From an uncultured Nitrospinota bacterium (lineage in GTDB: Bacteria; Tectomicrobia; Entotheonellia; J063; CAVPRW01), in NCBI GenBank assembly GCA_963707985.1, contig CAVPRW010000010.1, positions 288,001 through 352,000 on the forward strand: a stretch of DNA of 64,000 bases, given 5' to 3'. A program made the position numbers and the translations under genes. Positions 20,224 through 30,775 of the stretch are shown here, one piece after another (position 1 is the first letter of the stretch; each line of letters starts with the position of its first letter). A model generated the notes under the pieces. The model did no database searches. It was not told the origin of the DNA and worked only from the letters and a program-made list of their open reading frames with translations.

Positions 20224-20396
20224 CGGCATTGTCAAGTTAACGGGCAGAGCGGTACCAGAATGGGGTTAAGTGGGACGTCGAGGTCATTTCGAGGCCATTT
20301 TTTACCCCCAAGTGGGACGTCAGCAGTTCAGAACCGAAGGAAATACCCGCTGAGTGGGAGTGGTTTTTGCGCTCAGCGGTTAACTTGACAATGCCG
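20224..20396. mobile_element. MITE-like element with perfect 18-bp terminal inverted repeats
   Basis: CGGCATTGTCAAGTTAAC (20224-20241) and GTTAACTTGACAATGCCG (20379-20396); internal AAGTGGGACGTC twice; no coding capacity recognised. Confidence 0.75.
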
Positions 20397-20562
20397 CCAA
20401 GAGGCATTGTCCCAAAGGACCAACAGCGCCTCCCTTCTGCTGCAGGGAGCTCTGCGACCTAGAAACATTCCTGTACCCTTATGCCCGCCCTCTGCGACGA
20501 TTAGCAATGGATGCGTTGAACGTTAACTGCATTGGTCTGGACAGGATGGACGGATTCGTCGC

Positions 20563-20590
20563 TTGACAGCCATTGGCTCGAACCTATAAT
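20563..20590 (+). promoter_or_regulatory. Consensus sigma70 promoter upstream of the alcohol dehydrogenase
   Basis: TTGACA-N16-TATAAT. Confidence 0.7.
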
Positions 20591-20760
20591 AGCGCCAATT
20601 CCAACAGGCTCATATACATGCGCTCATACGTGGCCGAGATGACGTGCTGATGTCACCGCTTCCGAGGATCTTTCGCGGTCCGCTGGCCCTCGTGCCAAGG
20701 AAATGGACCAGGTCAACAACGCACGCTCATTCGCGCAGAACTGCCAGAGGAGGATATATC

Positions 20761-21795
20761 ATGAAGGCACTCGTCCTGAAGGATCTAGGCGGACCACTCG
20801 TACTTGAAGACGTACCTATGCCTCAGCCGGGCCCGGGTGAGGTTCTGGTACGCGTCCGCGCCTGCGGGCTCGGCCTGACCCTGGTATGGAACCGCAACGG
20901 CCGCGGTGGCGCAGGTGGCAAGCTGCCTCGCATCATCGGACACGAAGTCGCTGGCGATGTGACTGAAGTCGGGCCATACGTGGATGGCTTCAAGTCTGGG
21001 GACCGGGTGAATGTGTACTATTATTTGATCTGTGGCAACTGCCGTTGGTGCGATCGGGGGCGTGACGATTTGTGTGAGCATCAAGCCGGTGTGGTCGGTC
21101 GACAGATAGACGGCGGTCTCGCCGAATACGTCAAGCTGCCGGCACGCAATCTCTGCCCTCTCCCACCGGCGATCAGCTATGTCGATGCGGCGGTCACCGC
21201 CGACGCAATTGCCACTCCGGTCCATGTCCTGTTGGAGCGCGCACGACTGCGGGCTCCAGACACGGTGCTGGTGGTCGGGGCTGGCGGCGGTGTGGGCATC
21301 CATATGGTGCAGATGGCGAAGCTGCTGGGGGCGTCGCAGGTGATTGCGGTGGACATCAATGCCGAAAAACTTGCCCTGGCCAAGCAGAACGGCGCGGATG
21401 CCGTCATTAATTCACTCGAGGTCAGCTTTGATGCCGAAGTATTGCGGTTGACCGAGGGACATGGGGTGGATGTCGTGGTCGAGATGGTGGGGGTGAGTGA
21501 CACCCTGGAGCGGAGCCTGCGCAGTTTGGGCAAAGGCGGGCGCCTGGTGTGGGTGGGGACATACGACGGCAAGGCAATGCTGCCGGTGACGCAAGAGGCG
21601 TTACGGGGGGAGTGTCTTCTTATGGGGACGCGATATTGCGCACGGCATGAGTTGGCCGAGGCGGTCGAACTGGTGGCGCGGGGACGCATCCGTCCGACAG
21701 TCACTCGCATCTGTCAGCTCGAAGAGGCCGACGCCGTATTGCGGAGTATCGAGCGCATGGAACTGGCCGGGCGGGCCTGTGTTGTACTGCCTTGA
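20761..21795 (+). CDS. Zinc-binding alcohol dehydrogenase family protein
   Basis: GHEVAG, CGNCRWC....DDLC structural Zn site, VGAGGGVG; GAGGAGG RBS. Confidence 0.92.
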   Translation: MKALVLKDLGGPLVLEDVPMPQPGPGEVLVRVRACGLGLTLVWNRNGRGGAGGKLPRIIGHEVAGDVTEVGPYVDGFKSGDRVNVYYYLICGNCRWCDRGRDDLCEHQAGVVGRQIDGGLAEYVKLPARNLCPLPPAISYVDAAVTADAIATPVHVLLERARLRAPDTVLVVGAGGGVGIHMVQMAKLLGASQVIAVDINAEKLALAKQNGADAVINSLEVSFDAEVLRLTEGHGVDVVVEMVGVSDTLERSLRSLGKGGRLVWVGTYDGKAMLPVTQEALRGECLLMGTRYCARHELAEAVELVARGRIRPTVTRICQLEEADAVLRSIERMELAGRACVVLP

Positions 21796-22087
21796 GGTGA
21801 GCTGCGCTAAGGTCAAGCCCATCTTTGTATGGACTACACGCAGGCTAAGACGGTAAGGGCTGCCTCCGCGCATTAGGAAGTCCACCTAGAATGTGGGGGA
21901 GTTGTTTTTTTGCATACTTCCGTCCTCGTGTTATCCTCCAATCGCACTATCATGGAGTTGCTCCCACCCGAATGGCTACCTCAAATTTGGGCTCCCGTGG
22001 GGCCGTGGAAATCCAGGGTAGGTATCAGAGAGCCGTTCCCCTCAGGCGATACTTCCTCAGAGAATCATCCCGACAGAAAGATGAACC

Positions 22088-23224
22088 ATGATCGAGAGAT
22101 GGAAACCGTTCGAGACTCGGCTATTTGAAACGCACCCTCAACTCCTGTTTTGGCTATGGTCTGTCTTCATCTATCTGACCGGACAACTTCTCTTGCATTG
22201 GTTTGCTAGAGTCTCCGGATATCCAGCTAAGACTCTGCCGGAGATAATCGTTCAGGTGAGCTATCTCGATGTTGGCTGGTATCTCGATATTGCGAAGAAG
22301 GGGTACTGGATTGATCCCACGAGGTTAGGTCAATCGGTCGTATTCTTTCCACTGTTTCCTTTGCTCATTCGTGGCGCGCATGAATTGACCTCAATGGGTT
22401 TTGAGCTGTCTGCTCTCGTCGTGCAAAAGCTCTCCGCCGTTACGATGTTCGCAGCTCTGGTCTGGTGGGTACGGAGTTTCACACCGCTTCCACATTTCTC
22501 CGTGGTAACTCTCTCCGCGGTATTTCTCACCTTCCATCCAGCTGCCATTTTCCTTTCTGTGCCCTACACAGAGGCACTCTTCCTGTCTATGGCATTCCTG
22601 TTGGCTGGTTTGCTAGAACGGGCACCTCGTCAAAGCACTCCGTGGATAGCATACCTATGCGCTCTGGGTATGGGACTCACGCGGCCAGGCGGTCTCTTTC
22701 TCCTACCATGTGGAGCCGTGATGCTAGTGCTCGCATGGAAACAACCCGCGCAGCGGAATGTCGCATTAACCTTAATCGCTGGGGTGTCAGTGGCCATTAT
22801 GATCCTCACTGTCACCTCTCACTATTATGTCGGTGAGCCTTTTGCCTTTTACATGAGGCGATATGAAGGATGGAAGGAAGTCCCGTCACTTAGCAATATC
22901 CTCCGGCTCATTCATTTGCCAATTGGCGGGAGACATATGGGGCGTTACTTGGTCATTTATGCCCACTTGGCTGGGTGCGTCCTCCTCTGGCGTAGCGAGC
23001 AGAGGATTATAGGGCTCTTTTGCTTACTGCTCATCCTGCTACCTGTCTACATGGGTAAGCATGGCGATATGGTTCGCTACTGTCTGAGCGCTTCTCCAGC
23101 ATGGATCCTCTTTGTCCTCTATACGGCGCGATGGCCATGGGCAATTGGCATGCTGGGTATATTCAGCGGTCTATACGCGTTCCATCTGCTTATCCTCTGG
23201 CTACAGCGCGGTTGGGTGGGGTAG
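22088..23224 (+). CDS. GT-C fold mannosyltransferase-like integral membrane protein
   Basis: D.GWYLDIAKKGY, FFPLFPLL, YTEALF, LTRPGG; many TM segments; lower GC. Confidence 0.75.
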   Translation: MIERWKPFETRLFETHPQLLFWLWSVFIYLTGQLLLHWFARVSGYPAKTLPEIIVQVSYLDVGWYLDIAKKGYWIDPTRLGQSVVFFPLFPLLIRGAHELTSMGFELSALVVQKLSAVTMFAALVWWVRSFTPLPHFSVVTLSAVFLTFHPAAIFLSVPYTEALFLSMAFLLAGLLERAPRQSTPWIAYLCALGMGLTRPGGLFLLPCGAVMLVLAWKQPAQRNVALTLIAGVSVAIMILTVTSHYYVGEPFAFYMRRYEGWKEVPSLSNILRLIHLPIGGRHMGRYLVIYAHLAGCVLLWRSEQRIIGLFCLLLILLPVYMGKHGDMVRYCLSASPAWILFVLYTARWPWAIGMLGIFSGLYAFHLLILWLQRGWVG

Positions 23225-23374
23225 AGTAAGGGTCTCATGCCCTCTAAGATATACGCCACATGAGCTACTGCAGCGAGACTTCCGCGCCAGCCGACATCTG
23301 CAAGCTGCTCTCTGCGAGAGGGCGGGGGTGAGGCGTGAAACCTCACCGCCCGATGTTCCATAGGGAGTCGATTG

Positions 23375-23719
23375 CTACCCCCCCATATACTGTCCAAACA
23401 ACAGAATACGATCGCCATCTTTGAGCTCGCTATCCAAGCCGTGGCGGACGCCCAGGATGGCACCATTGACCACGACCTCGATATGCTCACCCAGCTCACC
23501 AGATGCGGTGTCCCAGAGTGCGCGCTGGAGCTCCGGAAAGCGTTGGCTCAAACGTCGAAGCACGGTGCGGACGGTGTCGCGGGGTTCCAGAGTCGCATCA
23601 AAGCCAATCCGATCGCTGCCGCTACCTCCGACATAACGCGTGACCCAGGCCACTGTGTCGATCTGCACATGAGCTTCTTCATGCGCCAGGGTTATATCTT
23701 GATTTACCTCAGACGGCAC
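23375..23719 (-). CDS. MoaD/ThiS family sulfur carrier
   Basis: VVVNG, LKDGD.I, C-terminal GG; directly downstream of aor. Confidence 0.85.
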   Translation of the reverse strand: MPSEVNQDITLAHEEAHVQIDTVAWVTRYVGGSGSDRIGFDATLEPRDTVRTVLRRLSQRFPELQRALWDTASGELGEHIEVVVNGAILGVRHGLDSELKDGDRILLFGQYMGG

Positions 23720-25608
23720 GGCCTGCCACCTCTTCCCCCCACAACTGCGGGATCAAATGCTCCAAGCCCAGTTCGCGGAGCAAATCGGGTTTTGGCAACC
23801 CGGTCTTGCGGTCGTACCGAACCGTCTCGTACCAGACGTCCAGCATGTGTTCCCAGTGGGGCTCAATGGCAATTCCCGCTGCTGGGCCGTCCACCGGCAC
23901 CGAGCCATAGCGCTTGGAGGGCTTTTCCAGCCCGGGGCCAATGCCACAACGAATGTTAAAGGCTCGTAGCAATGCTGACGTCCGCCGACCAAAGCGCAGG
24001 GCCTCTTCCAGCGTATAGTCCCAGCCACTGGCCGCATTGACCGCCCGGCAGAGATTCTCGATGGTCGTGCGTGTGGTGAAAATACAGGCCCCCAGGGAAT
24101 CCTCAAAATGGCGACGCCCTTGTAACGACCCGACCAATTTGGCCACAGCATCCGGGTCGAAGGGATTAATGCGCGCCGGCAACCCCATCTCCTGCGGCTT
24201 CACCGCGGCACCCGACTCCAACGTGCCAGTACTGCCAGTACACGTGTCGAGCATTTCCTCCCAGCGCGCCCGATGGTCATGGCCCCGTGGTGTTGACCCC
24301 TTCATCGTATAGATGGCACAGTCGGCCGCTGGCCCACCCAAACGCTCCGAGGCACGCTTGACCCCCTCGGCCAGGAGATCGCCAAGGTGTTGCCGTTGGG
24401 CAATCAGTTGCAACAATTGGTTGGCGGCTTCTGCATCGCCCCAGCGCACCTCTAGCCCGCCCAATTGCTCTTTGGTGATGTATCCCTTCTCCATACATTC
24501 CATCACCCAGCCGATCAACCAGCCGAATTCATTGACATCCACGCCAGCCCGATCGATCTGCGTATTCAACCAGGAGGCAGCTACCCGATCGGTCAGTCCG
24601 ATGGCCCAGCCGGCGCCTGACCAGCCCTCGTACTCCGGCTCATCGACGATCTTGCCCTGATGGGGACCGGAGGGCAGAATTTGCATATGGCAGTGGTGCA
24701 TGCCGCAGGCACTGCATTGGTGCCCACGATGATCGAAGCCGTTACGCAGGGCCGGGGCCTCCCAAAGCGACATGTCCGTCCCTTCGGGTTTTTCATTGGT
24801 GGTGTAATTCTTGATGGGCAGCGCACCCAAGCCGAGCAGGTTGACCACTCCCGGCAGGGTACCATATTCATAGAGTGAGCGCGTCGACGGATCGGTCTTC
24901 AGGTCATAGGCGATCTCGTCCGCGGCCTGGTATAGGCCTCGTACGTCCGCCGCTCGTATCCCGCGTGAGCCACGAACAATGCACACGGCCTTGACCTGTT
25001 TCTTGCCCATCACCGCCCCGCAGCCGTTCTTGCTGGCGACATGTCCATAATCGCCGGCGATCACGGCAAAGCGGACCAGCCTCTCGCCGGCCGGACCGAT
25101 GCCATAGACGCTCATCTGGTGACCGCTCAGGCCATGTTCGGCATTGAGAGCATCCTGCATCTCCCAGGTATCCTTGCCCAACAGCGGCATGGCATCGCGC
25201 AGCTCGACCCGATCATCTTTAATGTAGAGATATACCCAGCGGCTGGCCTGCCCCTGGAAGACGATGGCGTCATAGCCTGAATATTTGAGATTTGCTCCGA
25301 AGAAGCCGTTGGCCTGGGTGGAGGTCGCCCCATTGGTCATGGCACCACGCGTCACCACGGTCAGCCCACCGGTACCCCACACCGGCAAGCCGGCAAGCGG
25401 CCCAGTGGCCAGAATCAGACGATTGTCCGGGTGATCCCACTGACACGTCAGGCGGCACCTCCTCGTACAAGATCTTGGCCCCAAGGCCCACACCCCCCAG
25501 ATATTGACGATATTCCTCAGGGCTCAGGGGTTGGGTCCAGATCCGTTCATTGGTCAAATCGACACGCAAAATCTGACCGGCATAACCACCGGGTACACTG
25601 GTTTCCAC
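23709..25608 (-). CDS. aor: Aldehyde:ferredoxin oxidoreductase (W/Mo-pterin), one frameshift near 25443
   Basis: GYAGQILRVDLT, ATGPL, LKYSGYDA, IGPAGE, GAVMGKK, C..CGMHHC, EPEYE, LLAEGV; two overlapping ORFs join into one protein. Confidence 0.9.
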
Positions 25609-25640
25609 GGACTTCTTCCTCCCTCCCTATGTAGGCCGCC

Positions 25641-26963
25641 TCAAACCGAGACACGCCCCGCCGGGATGGACGGGCGAGCCAGGATTTTTTGCGGCAGCAG
25701 CTGAGCCGTGGTGCGTGAGGCGAGGAACGCTTTCTTGATGTCAAATGGATTGCGGCTCAGGTATTCTTTCCACGGCCCCAGGCCTGAGCCGGATTGCACC
25801 AGTCCCTTCAGCATGCCGACGTCATTGGTGGTCCAGATGTCCGAGGAGACGCCGAGGATAATCGCTCCGATGAGGCGGTCTCCCTGCCACAAGAGCTTGC
25901 GATACGCCGGACGGTCGGGTTTCACGGCGCTCGACACGTCGGCCGTCGCACTGTCCCAGGCGCCGAAACTGGCGATCTCCAGGTCTGCCACATCGACGAT
26001 GTTCATCAGCAAACTGCCGCGATAGGCCAGCGGTTGCCCGGCCATGTTGGCGCCAACGATCCTGCCATGCTCCATAGCCGTGGGCTCGATGGCGTGGACG
26101 GCGTGCTCACCGGTGACGAAGTCGCGTCCTTCAGCGACATCTCCGGCGGCATAGACGTGGGGGACGCTCGAACGCAGATGATCATCAACCACCACGCCAC
26201 GGTTGACCTCGATCCCAGAGCCCGCCAGCCAGTCGAGATTGGTGCGAATCCCCGTCGCCATGATCACCAGGTCGGCCTCCAACTCACCGGATCCTTGGAA
26301 TCGCAGGCGTTTACGACCGTCCATGTCCTCGATGGCCTGCAATTGCACACCGGTTCGGACCTCAACTCCATGGCGCTTCATCCAATCCTCGACGATTTCC
26401 GCTCCGGTGCGATCGATCATACGCGGCAGGATCTGCGGCGCAATCTCGACGATGCTCAGTTTCGCCCCTAATTTGAGGATACTGTTGAGAATGGTAAAGG
26501 CAATGAACCCAGCTCCCACCATTACCACCTGCGTTCCTGCCGTGATACCGCTGAGGACGGCACGTGCCTGATCCAGCGTCCAGAAGCTATGGACCCCTGC
26601 CCCCTCGGCTCCAGGAACAGGAGCGCGCACGGCCGACGAACCGGTGGCGACGAGCAGGTCGTCGTACTCGATGGTCGTCCCATTATCCAGAGTCAACTGC
26701 TGCGCATTGGTATCGAGGCTTGCCGCGCGGCGACCCAGGTGAGGTGTCACTTTCAATTGCGCCAGGCGCGAGGAATTGGCCGTAAACACGTGCGCTTCGG
26801 AGATGTCGCGCGCCAGATAGTAGGGCAGCACCATCCGTGAGTATGGCCGTTCTGCCGACACCAGCACGACCTCCGAGGCGCCATGATCGATCTCTCGGAT
26901 GGTCGTGATGGCGTTCATCCCAGCCGTGCCCCCTCCCACAATGATATGTCGTTTCGACGCCAT
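25641..26963 (-). CDS. NAD(P)/FAD-dependent oxidoreductase (AOR-associated)
   Basis: IVGGGTAG, LLVATGS, VGAGFIA, VYAAGDVAE. Confidence 0.9.
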   Translation of the reverse strand: MASKRHIIVGGGTAGMNAITTIREIDHGASEVVLVSAERPYSRMVLPYYLARDISEAHVFTANSSRLAQLKVTPHLGRRAASLDTNAQQLTLDNGTTIEYDDLLVATGSSAVRAPVPGAEGAGVHSFWTLDQARAVLSGITAGTQVVMVGAGFIAFTILNSILKLGAKLSIVEIAPQILPRMIDRTGAEIVEDWMKRHGVEVRTGVQLQAIEDMDGRKRLRFQGSGELEADLVIMATGIRTNLDWLAGSGIEVNRGVVVDDHLRSSVPHVYAAGDVAEGRDFVTGEHAVHAIEPTAMEHGRIVGANMAGQPLAYRGSLLMNIVDVADLEIASFGAWDSATADVSSAVKPDRPAYRKLLWQGDRLIGAIILGVSSDIWTTNDVGMLKGLVQSGSGLGPWKEYLSRNPFDIKKAFLASRTTAQLLPQKILARPSIPAGRVSV

Positions 26964-26971
26964 ACCGCCCC

Positions 26972-27451
26972 CTATCGTCCCGCGCCCAGTCCAACCAGGT
27001 CGGTTTGGGCCCGCAGCGCAGCGAAATCGCCTAGCCAATCCGCCGTCTCCGCCTCAACAAATTCGATAGCAGCCGTGGGACAGGCTTCTGCACAGGCAGG
27101 TTGGCCATCGCAGAGATTGCATTTGACCGCTTTGTGGGTTTCCGGGTTGTAGAAGATGGTACCATACGGACAGGCGATGGTGCAGAGCTTACAGCCGACG
27201 CACTGATCTTCCACCACGATTTTGGCTCCTGCCAGCGAGATCGTGATCGCCTCGACAGGGCACGCCGTCATGCACCATCCCTCATCACACTGCGTGCACG
27301 TATAGGGTGAAAAGCTTGTATTGGCCTCCAGGGGTGAGACGCGGATCACCGACTTGGACGGCTGAAAGCTGCCGGCTTGCATATAGGAACAGGCGAGTTC
27401 GCACCGCATACATCCAGTACATTTCTCCGGCACGATCCGCAAGACCTTCAT
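26972..27451 (-). CDS. 4Fe-4S dicluster electron-transfer protein
   Basis: CTGCMRCELAC, CTQC...CMTACP, CVGCKLCTIACP, KCNLC...CAEACP. Confidence 0.93.
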   Translation of the reverse strand: MKVLRIVPEKCTGCMRCELACSYMQAGSFQPSKSVIRVSPLEANTSFSPYTCTQCDEGWCMTACPVEAITISLAGAKIVVEDQCVGCKLCTIACPYGTIFYNPETHKAVKCNLCDGQPACAEACPTAAIEFVEAETADWLGDFAALRAQTDLVGLGAGR

Positions 27452-27616
27452 GTCTTCTCCTCGCAGGTTCAGACTGTCGTTTGCGCGCGCATGGGTGAAA
27501 CCCTCTCTGCTTGATCGATACATGTGCTCGAAATCACCTCTAATCGATCGGGGAGGTCGCATCATACGAGAGCCATGGCAACATTGTCAATGGCAGAGCC
27601 ATGCCTGGTGAGCGCC

Positions 27617-28735
27617 TCATGGATCGTTCTCTTGCTCCCCGGCCCCCAACTTGGCTAGACGATCGTGGATGTATTGCATTTTCGTCACCAGAACCTGACG
27701 GTCGAAGGCACTCGTGGCCGCGCGGAGACTGCGACGGAGGCCATGGAGCTCTTCCTCGAGGAGGTCGGGGTCAGTCTGCCGATCGACGCTCACCCGGAAC
27801 GCTGGGGTCAAGAGCCGATCGTACTCGGGGCGCATCATGGCCGAACGTCCGTGACGCTCGCCACCGGCTGCACCGCCGCTAAGGCGTGCGTCTAAGGTCA
27901 GCATCTCCGACAGACCCATGGTTTCGAAGAGTTCCACCACATTGGTCATGCGGCCGAGAAGCGCCTCTGTTGTGCCATGCTGCTTGATCGCCCCCAATAT
28001 CTCATGCACCAAGGGCAATACAGCCAGCATGATGCTGCCGGGGAAAATCACCATCTTGAATCCCAGGCGCTGGAGCTCAGCCACTGGTAATAGGGGTGAC
28101 TTACCGTGCTCGACGAAATTGTAGAGGAGCGGCACGTCTACTTCACGGACCACGCGGTCGATTTCTTCGCGGGTGCGCACGGCCTCGACGAACAGCATAT
28201 CCGCGCCGGCCTCGGCATAGGCGTGACAGCGTCGTAGGGTGTCGTCGAGGCCGGTCACCGCCAGAGCGTCGGTGCGCGCAATCACCACGAAGTCCTCATC
28301 GATACGTGCGTCCACGGCGGCACGGAGCTTGATGACCATGTCCTCGCAAGAGATCACCTGCTTGCCGTCCAGGTGCCCGCACCGCTTGGGAAAAACCTGG
28401 TCCTCGAGGTGTAGGGCCGCGACGCCAGCCCTCTCATACTCTCGTACGGTACGGTAGACGTTGAGCGCCCCGCCATAGCCGGTATCAGCATCGGCGAGCA
28501 GCGGAATCGATACCGTTGCAGCGATGGCTGCCGCGTTTGCCACCATTTCGCTCAGCGTCGCGAAGCCCAGGTCAGGCTGGCCAAGTCGCGTCAGCGCCGT
28601 GCCCGCGCCAGTCATGTAGACCGCCGGAAATCCCTGGCGCTCGATAAGCTTGGCGGTCAGACAATCATAGGCTCCAGGGGCCACGATGATCCCCGGCTTG
28701 CTCAAGAGCTGGCGCAATTGTGCTGTGGCCTTCAT
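27617..28735 (-). CDS. Isocitrate lyase/PEP mutase family protein with an unrelated ~75-aa C-terminal extension
   Basis: PGAYD, DADTGYG, EDQVFPKRCGH, IARTDA, EAGADMLFVEA. Confidence 0.88.
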   Translation of the reverse strand: MKATAQLRQLLSKPGIIVAPGAYDCLTAKLIERQGFPAVYMTGAGTALTRLGQPDLGFATLSEMVANAAAIAATVSIPLLADADTGYGGALNVYRTVREYERAGVAALHLEDQVFPKRCGHLDGKQVISCEDMVIKLRAAVDARIDEDFVVIARTDALAVTGLDDTLRRCHAYAEAGADMLFVEAVRTREEIDRVVREVDVPLLYNFVEHGKSPLLPVAELQRLGFKMVIFPGSIMLAVLPLVHEILGAIKQHGTTEALLGRMTNVVELFETMGLSEMLTLDARLSGGAAGGERHGRSAMMRPEYDRLLTPAFRVSVDRQTDPDLLEEELHGLRRSLRAATSAFDRQVLVTKMQYIHDRLAKLGAGEQENDP

Positions 28736-28747
28736 GGCTGCGGTCTC

Positions 28748-29287
28748 CTACATGTCGCCGAGATATGGGCGCAGCAGTGTCAGCAAGGTTGACACCTTGC
28801 TATGCAGGTCGGCTTCTTCATCAGTGGACTCAGCGTCAACGCCAAGCACGACGTCGCAAACCTTGCGGTACAGCGGTTCACGCTGGCTCCACAGGGCACG
28901 CATCTCAGCTTCCAGGTTGGGCTGGTCGGTCAGGGGGGGGCGAGCATAGCTGCGTTCCAGACGCTTGGCGAGCTTGGCCGGATCAGCTGCCAGTAAGATG
29001 ATGATGCTGCTAGGCTTCAACACCTGGACATTGCGGGCAAACGTCAACGCTCCGCCTCCCGAGCTGATCACCGCCGCGCGCTGGCGGGCGACCTGGCGAA
29101 TCACCTGATGTTCAAGATCGCGGAACGCGTCCCAACCCAGGCGGCTCACGTATTGGGAGATTGGCTCGCCGATCTGTTGCTCAATGAGTAGATCGGTATC
29201 GAAAAACGGACGTGCCAACGTCAGGGCGAGGCGCCGCCCTATGCTGCTTTTGCCAGTACCGCGCAGGCCAGTCAGGATCAGGTTCAT
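28748..29287 (-). CDS. aroK: Shikimate kinase
   Basis: LTGLRGTGKSSIG, DTD, FRDLE, SSGGG, RPPL, REPLY; adjacent to aroA. Confidence 0.9.
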   Translation of the reverse strand: MNLILTGLRGTGKSSIGRRLALTLARPFFDTDLLIEQQIGEPISQYVSRLGWDAFRDLEHQVIRQVARQRAAVISSGGGALTFARNVQVLKPSSIIILLAADPAKLAKRLERSYARPPLTDQPNLEAEMRALWSQREPLYRKVCDVVLGVDAESTDEEADLHSKVSTLLTLLRPYLGDM

Positions 29288-29369
29288 CGCATCAGTCTCG
29301 CTCTCCTGGCGCGAGAGGGACGGAGGAAGAGGAGCGACAGCTCGCCGACACGAATGACGCCACGGTGCC

Positions 29370-30641
29370 TCAGCCCCTGCGGTGCGGAGAGTACAGTGCC
29401 TGTAATTCCTCAAAAAACGTCGGATAACTCTTCGACACGCACTCCGGGGTGCCGATGCGAACGCCGGATACACGGGATCCCAAAATCGCAAAGCTCATGG
29501 CCATGCGATGGTCTGCGTAGGTTTCGATGTCCGCTCCATGCGGTTCTCCCCCCTGAATGCGGATGCCATCCGCCAACTCTTCCGCCTCGATGCCCATCCG
29601 ACGCAGCTCTGCCACCAACGCCGCCAGTCGGTTGCTCTCCTTGATCCGTAAATTGGCGACGTTGACGATGCGTGTCTCACCACGCGCCAGCGCAGCCAGC
29701 ACCGCCAGGGTCATGACTCCATCGGGGAGGCGATTCATATCGACGACGCCAGGGCTTTGCAGCCTACCAGGTCCCTGTACCGTCACCCCTTGCTGTCGCG
29801 TGACCGTACATCCCATACGCTCCAGGATGGGTAACAGCTCCATGTCCCCCTGATGCGAGGAGGGTTGGATATTTTTCACCGTGACACGACCTGCGGTCGA
29901 CGCAGCCAGCGCCCACCAATAGCCGGCTGATGTCGCATCGCCTTCGATCGCGAAATGGCGCCCCTGGTAGCGCTGCTGAGGAATATGGAAGCGGCGTCGA
30001 TCTGGGCGATCAACAAAGACACCGAAGGCTGCCATCACCTCGCGGGTCAATTCGATATAGGTTTCGGACACCATTTCGCCGGCCGCCTCGAGACCGATAG
30101 GTTGCCGTGCATAGGGCGCCACCATGAGGATGGCGGACAGGTACTGGCTGCTAAGATTGGCCTGGACCTGGCCGCGACCACCCGGTAGGACAGAGGATCG
30201 GATGGTCACAGGTGGGCAACCGTTGACGCACTCGATATCGACTCCGAGCCCCGTCAGGGCGTGCACGAGGTCATAGATCGGGCGTGTCTGCATGCGTTGG
30301 TCGCCAGTCACGACTTGTACTCCTGGCACCAGGGCACAAAACGCCGTCAGAAAACGCACTGTGGTGCCGGCATTGCCGCAAAATAACGATGCCTGCAGTG
30401 GGGGAAAGTGACCTCCCAAGCCCTCGATCTCGACCTCGTCATCCGAGGCCTGGAGCACAATCCCCAGCGTGCGCAGATGTGACATCATAAAGCGCGTGTC
30501 ATCACTATGGAGGACGTTGCTGAGACGGCTCTTGCCCTCGGCTAGGCTTGCCACCACGAGGGCGCGATTGCTCAGTGACTTCGAGCCAGGAACAGATACG
30601 GCGATGTCGATGGGAGCTTCGACAGGGGTAATCGGTAACAT
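29370..30641 (-). CDS. aroA: 3-phosphoshikimate 1-carboxyvinyltransferase
   Basis: PGSKSLSNR, CGNAGTTVRF, SSQYLSA, LRIKESNR, DHRMAM, KSYPTFF. Confidence 0.96.
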   Translation of the reverse strand: MLPITPVEAPIDIAVSVPGSKSLSNRALVVASLAEGKSRLSNVLHSDDTRFMMSHLRTLGIVLQASDDEVEIEGLGGHFPPLQASLFCGNAGTTVRFLTAFCALVPGVQVVTGDQRMQTRPIYDLVHALTGLGVDIECVNGCPPVTIRSSVLPGGRGQVQANLSSQYLSAILMVAPYARQPIGLEAAGEMVSETYIELTREVMAAFGVFVDRPDRRRFHIPQQRYQGRHFAIEGDATSAGYWWALAASTAGRVTVKNIQPSSHQGDMELLPILERMGCTVTRQQGVTVQGPGRLQSPGVVDMNRLPDGVMTLAVLAALARGETRIVNVANLRIKESNRLAALVAELRRMGIEAEELADGIRIQGGEPHGADIETYADHRMAMSFAILGSRVSGVRIGTPECVSKSYPTFFEELQALYSPHRRG

Positions 30642-30775
30642 GGGTAACCTTTGTATTGCGGGGCGCGCTTTTCGACAAAGGCGCGGGCACCCTCATTGTG
30701 GGCCTCGGTTTGCGTGCCAACGATCGGGGCCGAAGCGACATATTCGAGGAAGGCGTGGCGATTCGACACCATCGC
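30640..30775 (-). pseudogene. C-terminal scrap of an enoyl-CoA hydratase
   Basis: TEAHNEGARAFVEKRAPQYKG matches the crotonase tail (T.D..EG..AF.EKR.P.F.G). Confidence 0.55.
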
